From IMG/VR virus record IMGVR_UViG_3300012664_000377, positions 1-37,534 of that record: 37,534 bases of DNA, one strand, 5' to 3'. Shown piece by piece: positions 27,791 to 34,221 of this stretch. The translations under genes were made by a program, and so were the position numbers. How positions within the stretch are numbered: the stretch's first letter is position 1; each line of letters starts with the position of its first letter. The DNA comes from a virus. Under the pieces are notes generated by a model. It saw only the letters and a list, made by a program, of their open reading frames with translations. It did no database searches and had not been told where the DNA came from.

Positions 27791-28050
27791 GAAACTTTAT
27801 AAAAAACAATTACGACAGACATTTACTTTATACATTTGTAATATTCTTTTTTGCATTATTTAGAATGAATTTAAAAGATGCTGAATGGTTTGGAGTATTA
27901 TTTATTTCTACATTATTTGCTTTTATTTTAAATTTAGGTAGAGAAATGTATTATGAGAAATTCCACGAAGCTCCGTTCGATATTTACGATGCTATTTATG
28001 GGGGCTTAGGTGGTTTATTAGCTGGAATATTATTTTTAACATTTATATAA
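27787..28050 (+). CDS. membrane protein, holin candidate (87 aa)
   Basis: Three hydrophobic helices (LLYTFVIFFFALF, WFGVLFISTLFAFILNL, GGLGGLLAGILFLTFI). First gene of the lysis block. Confidence 0.5.
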   Translation: MRNFIKNNYDRHLLYTFVIFFFALFRMNLKDAEWFGVLFISTLFAFILNLGREMYYEKFHEAPFDIYDAIYGGLGGLLAGILFLTFI

Positions 28051-28052
28051 TT

Positions 28053-28181
28053 ATGAAAGAATTAACAGAAGAAGAACAAAAAGCGGTAAAAGATGCGTTA
28101 GACTTATTAGATAGCGTTGGATTAGTAGATTGTGTAATTGTTCCATCAATCGGTGCGCCACGTCCTCACAAACCAAAATAG
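28053..28181 (+). CDS. hypothetical small protein (42 aa)
   Basis: Hand-translated. Its stop abuts the next ATG. Confidence 0.35.
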   Translation: MKELTEEEQKAVKDALDLLDSVGLVDCVIVPSIGAPRPHKPK

Positions 28182-28517
28182 ATGAAAAATTTAGGAGCGT
28201 TTATATTACTTTATAATTTAGTTTGTATTTTAATAATGCAAACCAATTGGTATTCTAATAATTGGCAAATTATAGATAGTATAGACACTCCTTTTTACGT
28301 TGCATCCGCTATTATAGTGCTTTATATGTATCGTAAATTAAACGTTTTTCAAAAGCAATGTTATCTATTCGCTTTTATTTTTTTAGTGTTTAAACTAATC
28401 GATTTAAACTATCCTATTGATTATGTTAATTACAAGTTTTGGAGCATTTTAATAATCACAACACCGATTATATTACTAATTGAGCGAAATATAAATTATG
28501 ATAGGTTTAATAAATGA
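28182..28517 (+). CDS. multi-pass membrane protein (111 aa)
   Basis: Several hydrophobic helices. Lies in the lysis block. Confidence 0.55.
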   Translation: MKNLGAFILLYNLVCILIMQTNWYSNNWQIIDSIDTPFYVASAIIVLYMYRKLNVFQKQCYLFAFIFLVFKLIDLNYPIDYVNYKFWSILIITTPIILLIERNINYDRFNK

Positions 28518-28728
28518 TACCTTAAAGAATAAGGATAAATGGAGTCAAAAACGTTTACTAACTTTTAGTAGCTTTTTTGTTGCCACTTGTTATGCTTTTA
28601 TTCCAATTTTTTTACCTACTTTTGAAGTTAAAGAATTTGTTTTTTTGGGTTTCTTAGGAGTTGGTGGTTTTTCAATTTATAGAACACAAAAAACAAACGA
28701 AAATATTAATACTAATTTAGAACCATAA
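28498..28728 (+). CDS. membrane protein, 2 TM (76 aa)
   Basis: LLTFSSFFVATCYAFIPIFL and FVFLGFLGVGGFSIY. A size typical of holins or antiholins. Confidence 0.5.
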   Translation: MIGLINDTLKNKDKWSQKRLLTFSSFFVATCYAFIPIFLPTFEVKEFVFLGFLGVGGFSIYRTQKTNENINTNLEP

Positions 28729-28736
28729 TCCTTACT

Positions 28737-29051
28737 ATGGCAACAACAGACGAAAGATTGAAAGCACTCGAAGTTAAAGACGAAAGACGTGATTTACATA
28801 TTAAAGATATAAGAGAAAACGTTAAGAATATTGCTGAAATGCAAAAAGAAATATTAATAGTTTTAGGCGGTTCTGAACTAAACAAAAACAAAGGAGTTAT
28901 TTCGATGCTTGACGATGTGAAATCAAAAGTAGAGGGTTTACAAATTAAGTCTGAAAGCCATGCAAAGGATATTGATAGTGCTAAATGGTGGGGACGTGGA
29001 ATAGCTGGAGCGTTAATAATTACTATTTTTAAAATAATAACAGATAAATGA
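28737..29051 (+). CDS. coiled-coil protein with a C-terminal TM anchor (104 aa)
   Basis: Charged helical N-terminus and the C-terminal segment [18 protein letters not shown]-coupled to the endolysin gene. Confidence 0.5.
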   Translation: MATTDERLKALEVKDERRDLHIKDIRENVKNIAEMQKEILIVLGGSELNKNKGVISMLDDVKSKVEGLQIKSESHAKDIDSAKWWGRGIAGALIITIFKIITDK

Positions 29052-29512
29052 TAACAACTACACAAGCTACTCAAAAATATGGTGTACCGAGTAAGAACCC
29101 AAACTATTTAACTACTTTAAATTTACCTTATCCAATGCGTTTATCTTGGGATAAAAACATTAAAGTAAATAAAATACAATGTCATAAATTAGTAGCTGAC
29201 AAATTAGGTAAAATATTTACCGAGTTATTAGAAGTTTATGGCTATGAAAAAATTGTTGAGTTAGGTATTGATTTATTTGGAGGTTGTTTTAACTTTCGTG
29301 CAATGCGTGGTGGAACTGCACCGAGTCGTCATAGTTGGGGAATAGCAATTGACCTTGACCCTGAAAGAAATCAATTAAAAGAAACATCAAAAACTGCAAG
29401 ATTTGCACGTGCTGAATATAAACAAATGATTGATATTTTCTATAAACACGGATTTATTAGTTTAGGGCGTGAAAAGAATTATGATTGGATGCATTTTGAG
29501 GTTAAGGATTAA
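29048..29512 (+). CDS. endolysin, LAS/M15-type zinc peptidase
   Basis: [12 protein letters not shown] (H-x6-D) and DWMHFE (distal His) are the zinc-ligand motifs of VanY / L-Ala-D-Glu peptidase-like enzymes. Confidence 0.85.
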   Translation: MITTTQATQKYGVPSKNPNYLTTLNLPYPMRLSWDKNIKVNKIQCHKLVADKLGKIFTELLEVYGYEKIVELGIDLFGGCFNFRAMRGGTAPSRHSWGIAIDLDPERNQLKETSKTARFARAEYKQMIDIFYKHGFISLGREKNYDWMHFEVKD

Positions 29513-29529
29513 TTTAGACTAATTATAAA
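29512..29529 (+). repeat. 18-nt direct repeat ATTTAGACTAATTATAAA, copy 1
   Basis: Identical to 29853..29870. It ends 36 nt before the -7 box of the tmRNA promoter. Confidence 0.95.
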
Positions 29530-29542
29530 TATTGCTTAAGGT

Positions 29543-29573
29543 ATTGTTTATTTGAAAATAAAAATTATATTTG
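29543..29573 (+). promoter_or_regulatory. promoter of the tmRNA-like gene (-33-like ATTG 29543..29546; -7 TATATTTG 29566..29573)
   Basis: Two-box match with a 19-nt spacer. Confidence 0.55.
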
Positions 29574-29577
29574 CATC

Positions 29578-29639
29578 AGTTCATTGACGTATTAATGAAA
29601 TCTATTTGGACGTGGGTTCGAATCCCACCGCCTCCACAA
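29578..29639 (+). ncRNA. tmRNA acceptor piece (P2 3' strand, T-arm, acceptor 3' strand)
   Basis: TCTATT-TGGAC-GTGGG-TTCGAAT-CCCAC-CGCCTCC-A-CAA. The 3' CCA is not fully encoded (CAA). The 5' end is inferred from the promoter. Confidence 0.65.
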
Positions 29640-29746
29640 CGCAAAACGTTTATAGTTTGATAAGTGGTCATACAAGTGATATATTGGGGGCGCACGGCAA
29701 TTGACAATAGAAAAGTAGGTAATATTGAGAACTAAAAAAAATAACC

Positions 29747-29794
29747 GCAAAAGTTATACAAATGAATACTACACCATTAAGAATGGCTGTATAA
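29747..29794 (+). other. candidate tmRNA tag reading frame AKVIQMNTTPLRMAV*
   Basis: The GCA resume codon is preceded by TAACC (compare E. coli UAGUC-GCA). There are 15 sense codons, the stop TAA is at 29792..29794, and the C-terminus is hydrophobic (MAV). The frame choice is tentative. Confidence 0.5.
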
Positions 29795-29818
29795 TTCCGT
29801 AAAAAGAACGAAATCTTT

Positions 29819-29852
29819 AAAACTCCTTAATTAACTTTAAGGAGTTTTCTTT
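29819..29852 (+). terminator. intrinsic terminator of the tmRNA-like gene
   Basis: AAAACTCCTTAA-TTAACT-TTAAGGAGTTTT forms a 12-bp stem and runs into TTTTCTTTATTT. Confidence 0.85.
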
Positions 29853-29870
29853 ATTTAGACTAATTATAAA
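29853..29870 (+). repeat. 18-nt direct repeat ATTTAGACTAATTATAAA, copy 2
   Basis: Identical to 29512..29529. It ends 35 nt before the -7 box at 29906. Confidence 0.95.
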
Positions 29871-29879
29871 CTACACCAT

Positions 29880-29913
29880 ATTGTTATTAATATCAAAATA
29901 AATGCTATATTTG
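29880..29913 (+). promoter_or_regulatory. promoter candidate for the small-ORF block (-33-like ATTG 29880..29883; -7 TATATTTG 29906..29913)
   Basis: Two-box match. The region from 29853 onward is a diverged copy of the tmRNA promoter region. Confidence 0.55.
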
Positions 29914-29933
29914 TGCTTATTAATTTAAAAGAA

Positions 29934-30338
29934 ATGGAAACTAAAAAATGTACTTGTTGTAAAAAAGAATATCCTAAAAATAATGATTACTTTTTTAAAA
30001 AAGTAGTCAAACAACAAAATAAAAGTGGATTAGCAATTTATCATTCATTTAGGTCTATTTGCAAAAGTTGTAATAATAAAAAAGGAGAGGAAAATAGAGT
30101 TAAAAAACGATGTAAAGAAATGAATTGTGATGTTTTAAATTATAGGGAAAATTGGAAAAAACAATATTCAGAAACAAGAACTAAATATAAAACAGAAACA
30201 ACAAAAAGTAAATACCATTCTAAAAACTTAACAGATACTTATATTAAACAATTATATCGTTCATTAAAAGTGCCTAAAGAAATGATTGAAACAAAAAGAT
30301 TATTAATTGAACTAAAAAGAACATTAAAAAATAACTAA
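29934..30338 (+). CDS. zinc-ribbon-like basic protein (134 aa)
   Basis: The start is moved to ATG 29934, because the track's GTG 29913 lies inside the -7 box. CTCC...CKSC cysteine pairs. Lys/Arg-rich. Confidence 0.6.
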   Translation: METKKCTCCKKEYPKNNDYFFKKVVKQQNKSGLAIYHSFRSICKSCNNKKGEENRVKKRCKEMNCDVLNYRENWKKQYSETRTKYKTETTKSKYHSKNLTDTYIKQLYRSLKVPKEMIETKRLLIELKRTLKNN

Positions 30339-30340
30339 TT

Positions 30341-30562
30341 ATGGAAGCTAAAAGAGATTTGAATTTTGAAGTAAAAAACGCAAAACAATTAAATGAAATG
30401 TTAACTGGTGTTTTAATGGATGTTAGACGTGGTAATATTGACCACGAAACAGTTAAAAGCATTACTCTTGTTGCAGATAAGATTAATAAAAACAATGTAA
30501 ATATGCTTGAGTATAAAAAATTAACCAAGCATAAAAAAGATATTAATTTTTTAGAAGATTAA
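30341..30562 (+). CDS. hypothetical protein (73 aa)
   Basis: ORF track. Confidence 0.6.
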   Translation: MEAKRDLNFEVKNAKQLNEMLTGVLMDVRRGNIDHETVKSITLVADKINKNNVNMLEYKKLTKHKKDINFLED

Positions 30563-30564
30563 CT

Positions 30565-30717
30565 ATGCCACCACCAAAGAAAACAACAACACGGGTAAAT
30601 ATAGTATTTATGCCTTATCAGAAGTCAAGTAAAAGTTATAGTTTTCACATAAACGAAAACTTAACCAAAGAAGAAAAAATAAAACAAATTAATCAATTTT
30701 TAAAAGAAGTGTTATGA
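30565..30717 (+). CDS. hypothetical small protein (50 aa)
   Basis: Hand-translated. Overlaps the next gene by ATGA. Confidence 0.4.
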   Translation: MPPPKKTTTRVNIVFMPYQKSSKSYSFHINENLTKEEKIKQINQFLKEVL

Positions 30718-30941
30718 AAGGAAATCTAAACGGGTTACAAGTTATTAATAAAAATCAATTTGAGAAAATATATTTTCTTCTTAGAAGTGCGAATACAATG
30801 AGTTTAAGCGAATGGTTAGAAAAATATAATATACCTAGCTTTCCAATATACTTAGAAAAAATAGGTTATTCATACGGATATACTACATATCCTAAATATG
30901 ATATAATTGAGTTTGATGAAAAATTACTAACCAAGAATTAA
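30714..30941 (+). CDS. hypothetical protein (75 aa)
   Basis: ORF track. Confidence 0.6.
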   Translation: MKGNLNGLQVINKNQFEKIYFLLRSANTMSLSEWLEKYNIPSFPIYLEKIGYSYGYTTYPKYDIIEFDEKLLTKN

Positions 30942-30951
30942 ATATAGAACT

Positions 30952-31230
30952 ATGATACTAACCGATAAATGCAAAGAGGAGTTTTTGAAAAATTATATGT
31001 TTGATAACGAAAGTTTTAATTATTATCCATCGATGTATCAAAACGCACTTATAATCGAGTTTTTTGATAATATTGGGCTTTATATTTTTATCGATAGGAG
31101 TTTCTTTTTTGATGATTGGTCTTGTAAAATAATAGGACATTATAAAGAAAATCATTTTAATTCACGCTCAGAAGCAACACAAAGCGCACTCACTAAGGCA
31201 AACGAAATTTTTAATAACTTAAATAAATAG
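30952..31230 (+). CDS. hypothetical protein (92 aa)
   Basis: ORF track. Confidence 0.6.
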   Translation: MILTDKCKEEFLKNYMFDNESFNYYPSMYQNALIIEFFDNIGLYIFIDRSFFFDDWSCKIIGHYKENHFNSRSEATQSALTKANEIFNNLNK

Positions 31231-31233
31231 AGA

Positions 31234-31494
31234 ATGAGTAAAGTAAAAGAATATAATTTAACAACTATTGAAGATATATGTAGGTTAGCTACAAAAGAAA
31301 ACTTCAAAAGTTTAACTAATGATTTAGTTCATTGTATCGCGTTTCATATTAGTTTAAAAAATAAATTAACAAAAAAAGAATATAAGGAATTAAGAATTGG
31401 AAGTATAATTTGGAAAGATGATGGTATTGAAGGTCTGACATCTTTAAAAGTAAATGGAGAAATAATTCAAATAAAACCTAAAAATGAAAACTAA
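31234..31494 (+). CDS. hypothetical protein (86 aa)
   Basis: ORF track. Confidence 0.6.
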   Translation: MSKVKEYNLTTIEDICRLATKENFKSLTNDLVHCIAFHISLKNKLTKKEYKELRIGSIIWKDDGIEGLTSLKVNGEIIQIKPKNEN

Positions 31495-31738
31495 ACTAAT
31501 CCTATTATCAACTATTTTACTATTTAGTTGTAAACAACAAGAGTATAATTTAAAGTATAAATTTAAATCAGGAGATAAAGTTTATATTAAATTAGATAAT
31601 AGACCTTGTATAATTCAAAGACAAGCTAATTTAGATAGTATTCCATCTTATTTAGTATTTTTTATGAATAGAAATGAGTACCAAACAGAATATATTTATG
31701 AATATAATTTAATAAAAAACAAAAATGAAAAAAATTAG
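31484..31738 (+). CDS. putative lipoprotein (84 aa)
   Basis: Signal peptide with lipobox: MKTKLILLSTILLFS-C. Confidence 0.65.
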   Translation: MKTKLILLSTILLFSCKQQEYNLKYKFKSGDKVYIKLDNRPCIIQRQANLDSIPSYLVFFMNRNEYQTEYIYEYNLIKNKNEKN

Positions 31739-32210
31739 TCTATTATTATTGATACTTACTTTGGTTAGTTGCTCTGGCACAAGACGAGTAAACAAATCAG
31801 ATACCAAAGAAGAAACGCAAATCGCAATACTCGATACAAGTAAAACTGAAACGAAAATAGATACTAATATTAAAGTTATCGATTGCACTGATACTGATGA
31901 ATTATTAATAGTTCCAGTTGATAACACAAAAGAAATTGTAGTAAATGGAAAAAAATATTTCAACGTATCTTTAAAGCATCGAAAAGTTAAAAACAATATA
32001 ACTACTAACAAAGTTGAGAAAGTAGCTAAAATCGAGCAAAAAGGCGTTTCATTTAAAGAAGAAAGTAAAAAAGCAGTTGCAGTTAAGCAATCCGAATCAA
32101 CTAAAGGTAATTTTTGGAATTGGGTATTGTTAATAATCTGTATTACTGCTTTTATATTCTTTGTAATTTGGAGCAGAAAATACGTAAAAAAAGAAAGTGG
32201 AGAGGTATGA
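31725..32210 (+). CDS. lipoprotein with a C-terminal transmembrane helix (161 aa), unimolecular-spanin-like architecture
   Basis: Lipobox MKKISLLLLILTLVS-C at the N-terminus and WNWVLLIICITAFIFFVIW near the C-terminus. Confidence 0.6.
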   Translation: MKKISLLLLILTLVSCSGTRRVNKSDTKEETQIAILDTSKTETKIDTNIKVIDCTDTDELLIVPVDNTKEIVVNGKKYFNVSLKHRKVKNNITTNKVEKVAKIEQKGVSFKEESKKAVAVKQSESTKGNFWNWVLLIICITAFIFFVIWSRKYVKKESGEV

Positions 32211-32443
32211 GTGCTTTAATAAATTGTAAAACACAATTAGGTTTAAAATATGTGACTTTTTGTGAAGCTAAAGTATTTTATAATAAATATGTAGACAAAA
32301 TTATTGATTATGAATTTAGAGGTCATAGTTCTCATAATAATTTTAAGTTTACTTTTAATATAAATATGCAAAATGAAATACTTGATTATTGGGATAATAA
32401 TAACTTTTGTAATTTAACATTAAACTTTATAAATGACAGATAA
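32207..32443 (+). CDS. hypothetical protein (78 aa)
   Basis: The start is moved from the track's 32114 to ATG 32207, which overlaps the upstream stop by ATGA. Confidence 0.5.
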   Translation: MSALINCKTQLGLKYVTFCEAKVFYNKYVDKIIDYEFRGHSSHNNFKFTFNINMQNEILDYWDNNNFCNLTLNFINDR

Positions 32444-32537
32444 TGAAATTGACAGATTAATTGAAATATATGAAAATCAATTAAAAAAACCTATAAGTGA
32501 TATAGATAGGGAATTTATAAAAAAATATTTAGTCTAA
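32433..32537 (+). CDS. hypothetical small protein (34 aa)
   Basis: Hand-translated. Last ORF before the terminator at 32558. Confidence 0.3.
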   Translation: MTDNEIDRLIEIYENQLKKPISDIDREFIKKYLV

Positions 32538-32557
32538 ACCCCAACACCACAACTACT

Positions 32558-32582
32558 AAACCACCTTAATCGGTGGTTTTTT
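32558..32582 (+). terminator. intrinsic terminator
   Basis: AAACCACC-TTAATC-GGTGGTTT running into a T tract. Near-duplicate of the terminator at 1641. Confidence 0.8.
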
Positions 32583-32585
32583 ATT

Positions 32586-32603
32586 ATTTAGAATTAATAT
32601 AAA
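32586..32603 (+). promoter_or_regulatory. conserved upstream box variant ATTTAGAATTAATATAAA (15/18 match)
   Basis: It follows a terminator and precedes a promoter, as at 29853. Confidence 0.45.
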
Positions 32604-32626
32604 TTGTATAAATAATTAATTAAATG

Positions 32627-32657
32627 TTTGCACAATTAAAATAACCTCGTATATTTG
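32627..32657 (+). promoter_or_regulatory. promoter candidate (-33 TTTG 32627..32630; -7 TATATTTG 32650..32657)
   Basis: Consensus two-box match with a 19-nt spacer. Confidence 0.6.
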
Positions 32658-32702
32658 TACTCAGATAACAACAACGAAGTTATTGTCTTAATTTTTTTTA
32701 TT

Positions 32703-32873
32703 ATGAAAGCAACATTTGAACAATTAAATTTTATTGAAAACGTTAAAAAAAATTTTAACGTTAATTATTTAGGTGATTATGGTTTTTATTCTAATGGTAG
32801 GATTGGAGTTAAATGTAAAGATCAATTTGGGGAATTTTCAATTTGCGTGGATATTAATGGTAATACTATATAA
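32703..32873 (+). CDS. hypothetical small protein (56 aa)
   Basis: The start is moved to ATG 32703, because the track's TTG 32655 lies inside the -7 box. Confidence 0.5.
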   Translation: MKATFEQLNFIENVKKNFNVNYLGDYGFYSNGRIGVKCKDQFGEFSICVDINGNTI

Positions 32874-32875
32874 TT

Positions 32876-33067
32876 ATGAAAAAAAACGAACGTAACGCTG
32901 GTGCAAAGCCTAAATTTCCAAACCAAGAAACGGAAATTTTGCACATAAGAAAAAAAGTACCGAAAGGCAAAGCAATTGAAATCAAACAACAAGTAAACAA
33001 TTTTATCAACCAACTACAATCCGAAGCGTTGAAAAAATGTGCGGATGAGAGTTTAAAAAACAAATAA
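32876..33067 (+). CDS. hypothetical basic protein (63 aa)
   Basis: ORF track. Confidence 0.55.
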   Translation: MKKNERNAGAKPKFPNQETEILHIRKKVPKGKAIEIKQQVNNFINQLQSEALKKCADESLKNK

Positions 33068-33068
33068 T

Positions 33069-33332
33069 ATGAAACTAAAAATTAAAAAAACAACCGAAGA
33101 AATTGTAGAAATTAATCTACCAGCATATTATAAAACTATTTGTCACTACATTAAAATCTATTCAGATGATAAATGTATATGCGTTACTGATTCATTTGAA
33201 AATTATGAAATAGGAATTAAGCATTCTGAATTAGCTTTTAATACAAATGCAGTAGTTAGCACTAAAGAAGAATTTGAATTATATTTTAATAAATTACAAA
33301 TAGAAATAAATAATATTTATGAAAGCAATTAG
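33069..33332 (+). CDS. hypothetical protein (87 aa)
   Basis: ORF track. Confidence 0.6.
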   Translation: MKLKIKKTTEEIVEINLPAYYKTICHYIKIYSDDKCICVTDSFENYEIGIKHSELAFNTNAVVSTKEEFELYFNKLQIEINNIYESN

Positions 33333-33468
33333 AGAATTTTACATTTGGACAAAAGAAAAATCATACGAAGATAAGATTTTTAAAACAGAATTAGAAGCGA
33401 AAAATTACGCTAAAAAATTAAAATTAGAAAATTACAAAATAGGTTCAACTTATCAATTTACAAAATAA
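33319..33468 (+). CDS. hypothetical small protein (49 aa)
   Basis: Hand-translated. Coupled to the next gene by TAATG. Confidence 0.4.
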   Translation: MKAIREFYIWTKEKSYEDKIFKTELEAKNYAKKLKLENYKIGSTYQFTK

Positions 33469-33677
33469 TGAAAGAAACAATTAATTTTAGAGGGTTCGAG
33501 TTTGAATATAAATTCAGTTACCAACCAGAAGAAAGAGCAACTTTAGAATATGGCGGTTGTGGTGAAGAATTTGAAATTTATGATATTACATTAAATGGAA
33601 TTGATGCATCATGGTTATTAGAAAATTGCATTGATGAATTTGAAATGGAAGTAGTGGATAATCTAAAAAGTAGATAA
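33468..33677 (+). CDS. hypothetical acidic protein (69 aa)
   Basis: ORF track. Confidence 0.6.
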   Translation: MKETINFRGFEFEYKFSYQPEERATLEYGGCGEEFEIYDITLNGIDASWLLENCIDEFEMEVVDNLKSR

Positions 33678-33679
33678 TT

Positions 33680-33952
33680 ATGAAAAAAACAATTTTTAAT
33701 GTTTACGTGGTTATGGAATCACAAGAACAATGCGACAGAATGAAACAAGTTTGTATTGATAATGGGTTAGATTATTGGAAAGAACTAAGCAATCCATATT
33801 ATCCTTTTAAATTTGAATCTGAAGAATATAATCCAGTTTTTGAATGGAATAATGAATTTGGTATTTGGAATGGTGGCGGAGAACCAAGTTTCACCCAAGT
33901 ACCCGAAAAACAATTTATGAACCTTTTAAAAGAGTATAAAGATGGAAAATAG
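33680..33952 (+). CDS. hypothetical protein (90 aa), paralogue of 34222..34485
   Basis: Shares the N-terminus NVYV.M.SQ.QCDRMKQVC.DNGL and the C-terminus F..LLKEY with 34222..34485. Confidence 0.65.
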   Translation: MKKTIFNVYVVMESQEQCDRMKQVCIDNGLDYWKELSNPYYPFKFESEEYNPVFEWNNEFGIWNGGGEPSFTQVPEKQFMNLLKEYKDGK

Positions 33953-34220
33953 TTTTTATGATGAGCGTTTCGATGCAGTTCCGCAAACAGATGAACCAAT
34001 TGAAGAAAACGAGCCAACAACACTAACCGAGTGTATGCAATTCGCTAAAGATAACGACGATTTCGAGCCATTAGAAAGCGTAATCTATACAACCGAAAAG
34101 AATATAGCCGAAGCGATTGAAGTACTTTTATTTATTCGAGATACAGCACAAGCATCGGGTAGAAGTGATTTCTACATTAAACAGAGTAACAAAGCATTAA
34201 GAATTTTAAATAGAAAATAA
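33942..34220 (+). CDS. hypothetical acidic protein (92 aa)
   Basis: ORF track. Confidence 0.55.
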   Translation: MENSFYDERFDAVPQTDEPIEENEPTTLTECMQFAKDNDDFEPLESVIYTTEKNIAEAIEVLLFIRDTAQASGRSDFYIKQSNKALRILNRK

Positions 34221-34221
34221 G

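Larger units (their letters stand above)
29578..29852 (+). ncRNA. ssrA: circularly permuted (two-piece) tmRNA gene: acceptor piece, spacer, coding piece
   Basis: GGAC linker, T-arm GTGGG-TTCGAAT-CCCAC, 3' acceptor strand CGCCTCC and discriminator A lie at 29608..29636. The complementary 5' strand GGGGGCG lies downstream at 29686..29692 and gives a G3-U70 pair. P2a helix AATAGA (29706..29711) pairs with TCTATT (29601..29606). Resume context AAAAAAAATAACC-GCA. The unit has its own promoter and terminator. The exact ends are approximate. Confidence 0.7.
29686..29852 (+). ncRNA. tmRNA coding piece (acceptor 5' strand, D-loop analogue, P2 5' strand, tag frame, 3' hairpins)
   Basis: GGGGGCG-CACGGCAATTGAC-AATAGA..., then the tag frame, then the terminator hairpin. 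Confidence 0.65.

Noticed and set aside
29607-29639. tRNA gene or tRNA 3' fragment
   Set aside because: No complementary acceptor 5' strand, D arm or anticodon arm lies in the 70-80 nt upstream, which is the promoter. The matching 5' strand is downstream, which fits a permuted tmRNA rather than a tRNA.
29601-29640. attP core: a copy of the host tmRNA 3' end used for integration into ssrA
   Set aside because: I found no integrase or recombinase gene anywhere in the genome. The fragment is also followed by a matching 5' acceptor strand with a G3-U70 pair, a P2a complement, a resume-codon context and a tag frame, none of which an attP needs. This remains the main alternative to exclude by comparison with the host ssrA gene.
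29913-29933. Track start GTG 29913 for the 141-aa ORF
   Set aside because: The GTG is the last base of the -7 box TATATTTG plus the next two bases. The first ATG, at 29934, is the plausible start.
32114-32206. Track start 32114 for the 109-aa ORF overlapping the 3' end of the lipoprotein gene by 97 nt
   Set aside because: An in-frame ATG at 32207 forms the ATGA overlap with the upstream stop that is typical of this genome. The long overlap is unnecessary.
32655-32702. Track start TTG 32655 for the 72-aa ORF
   Set aside because: The TTG lies inside the -7 box (32650..32657). ATG 32703 is the plausible start.
11060-34023. All 17 minus-strand ORFs in the track (11060..11299, 12443..12955, 12962..13333, 16257..16448, 18189..18371, 19320..19565, 20178..20420, 24305..24604, 26076..26261, 26171..26365, 28712..29074, 30274..30528, 30958..31155, 31709..32011, 32822..33013, 32866..33063, 33799..34023)
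   Set aside because: Each lies entirely antisense within a well-supported + strand gene such as the portal, capsid, tape-measure or fibre genes. Their low-complexity S/L/F/I-rich composition is typical of antisense frames of AT-rich genes. None has promoter-like boxes in the right orientation, and the rest of the genome is strictly unidirectional.
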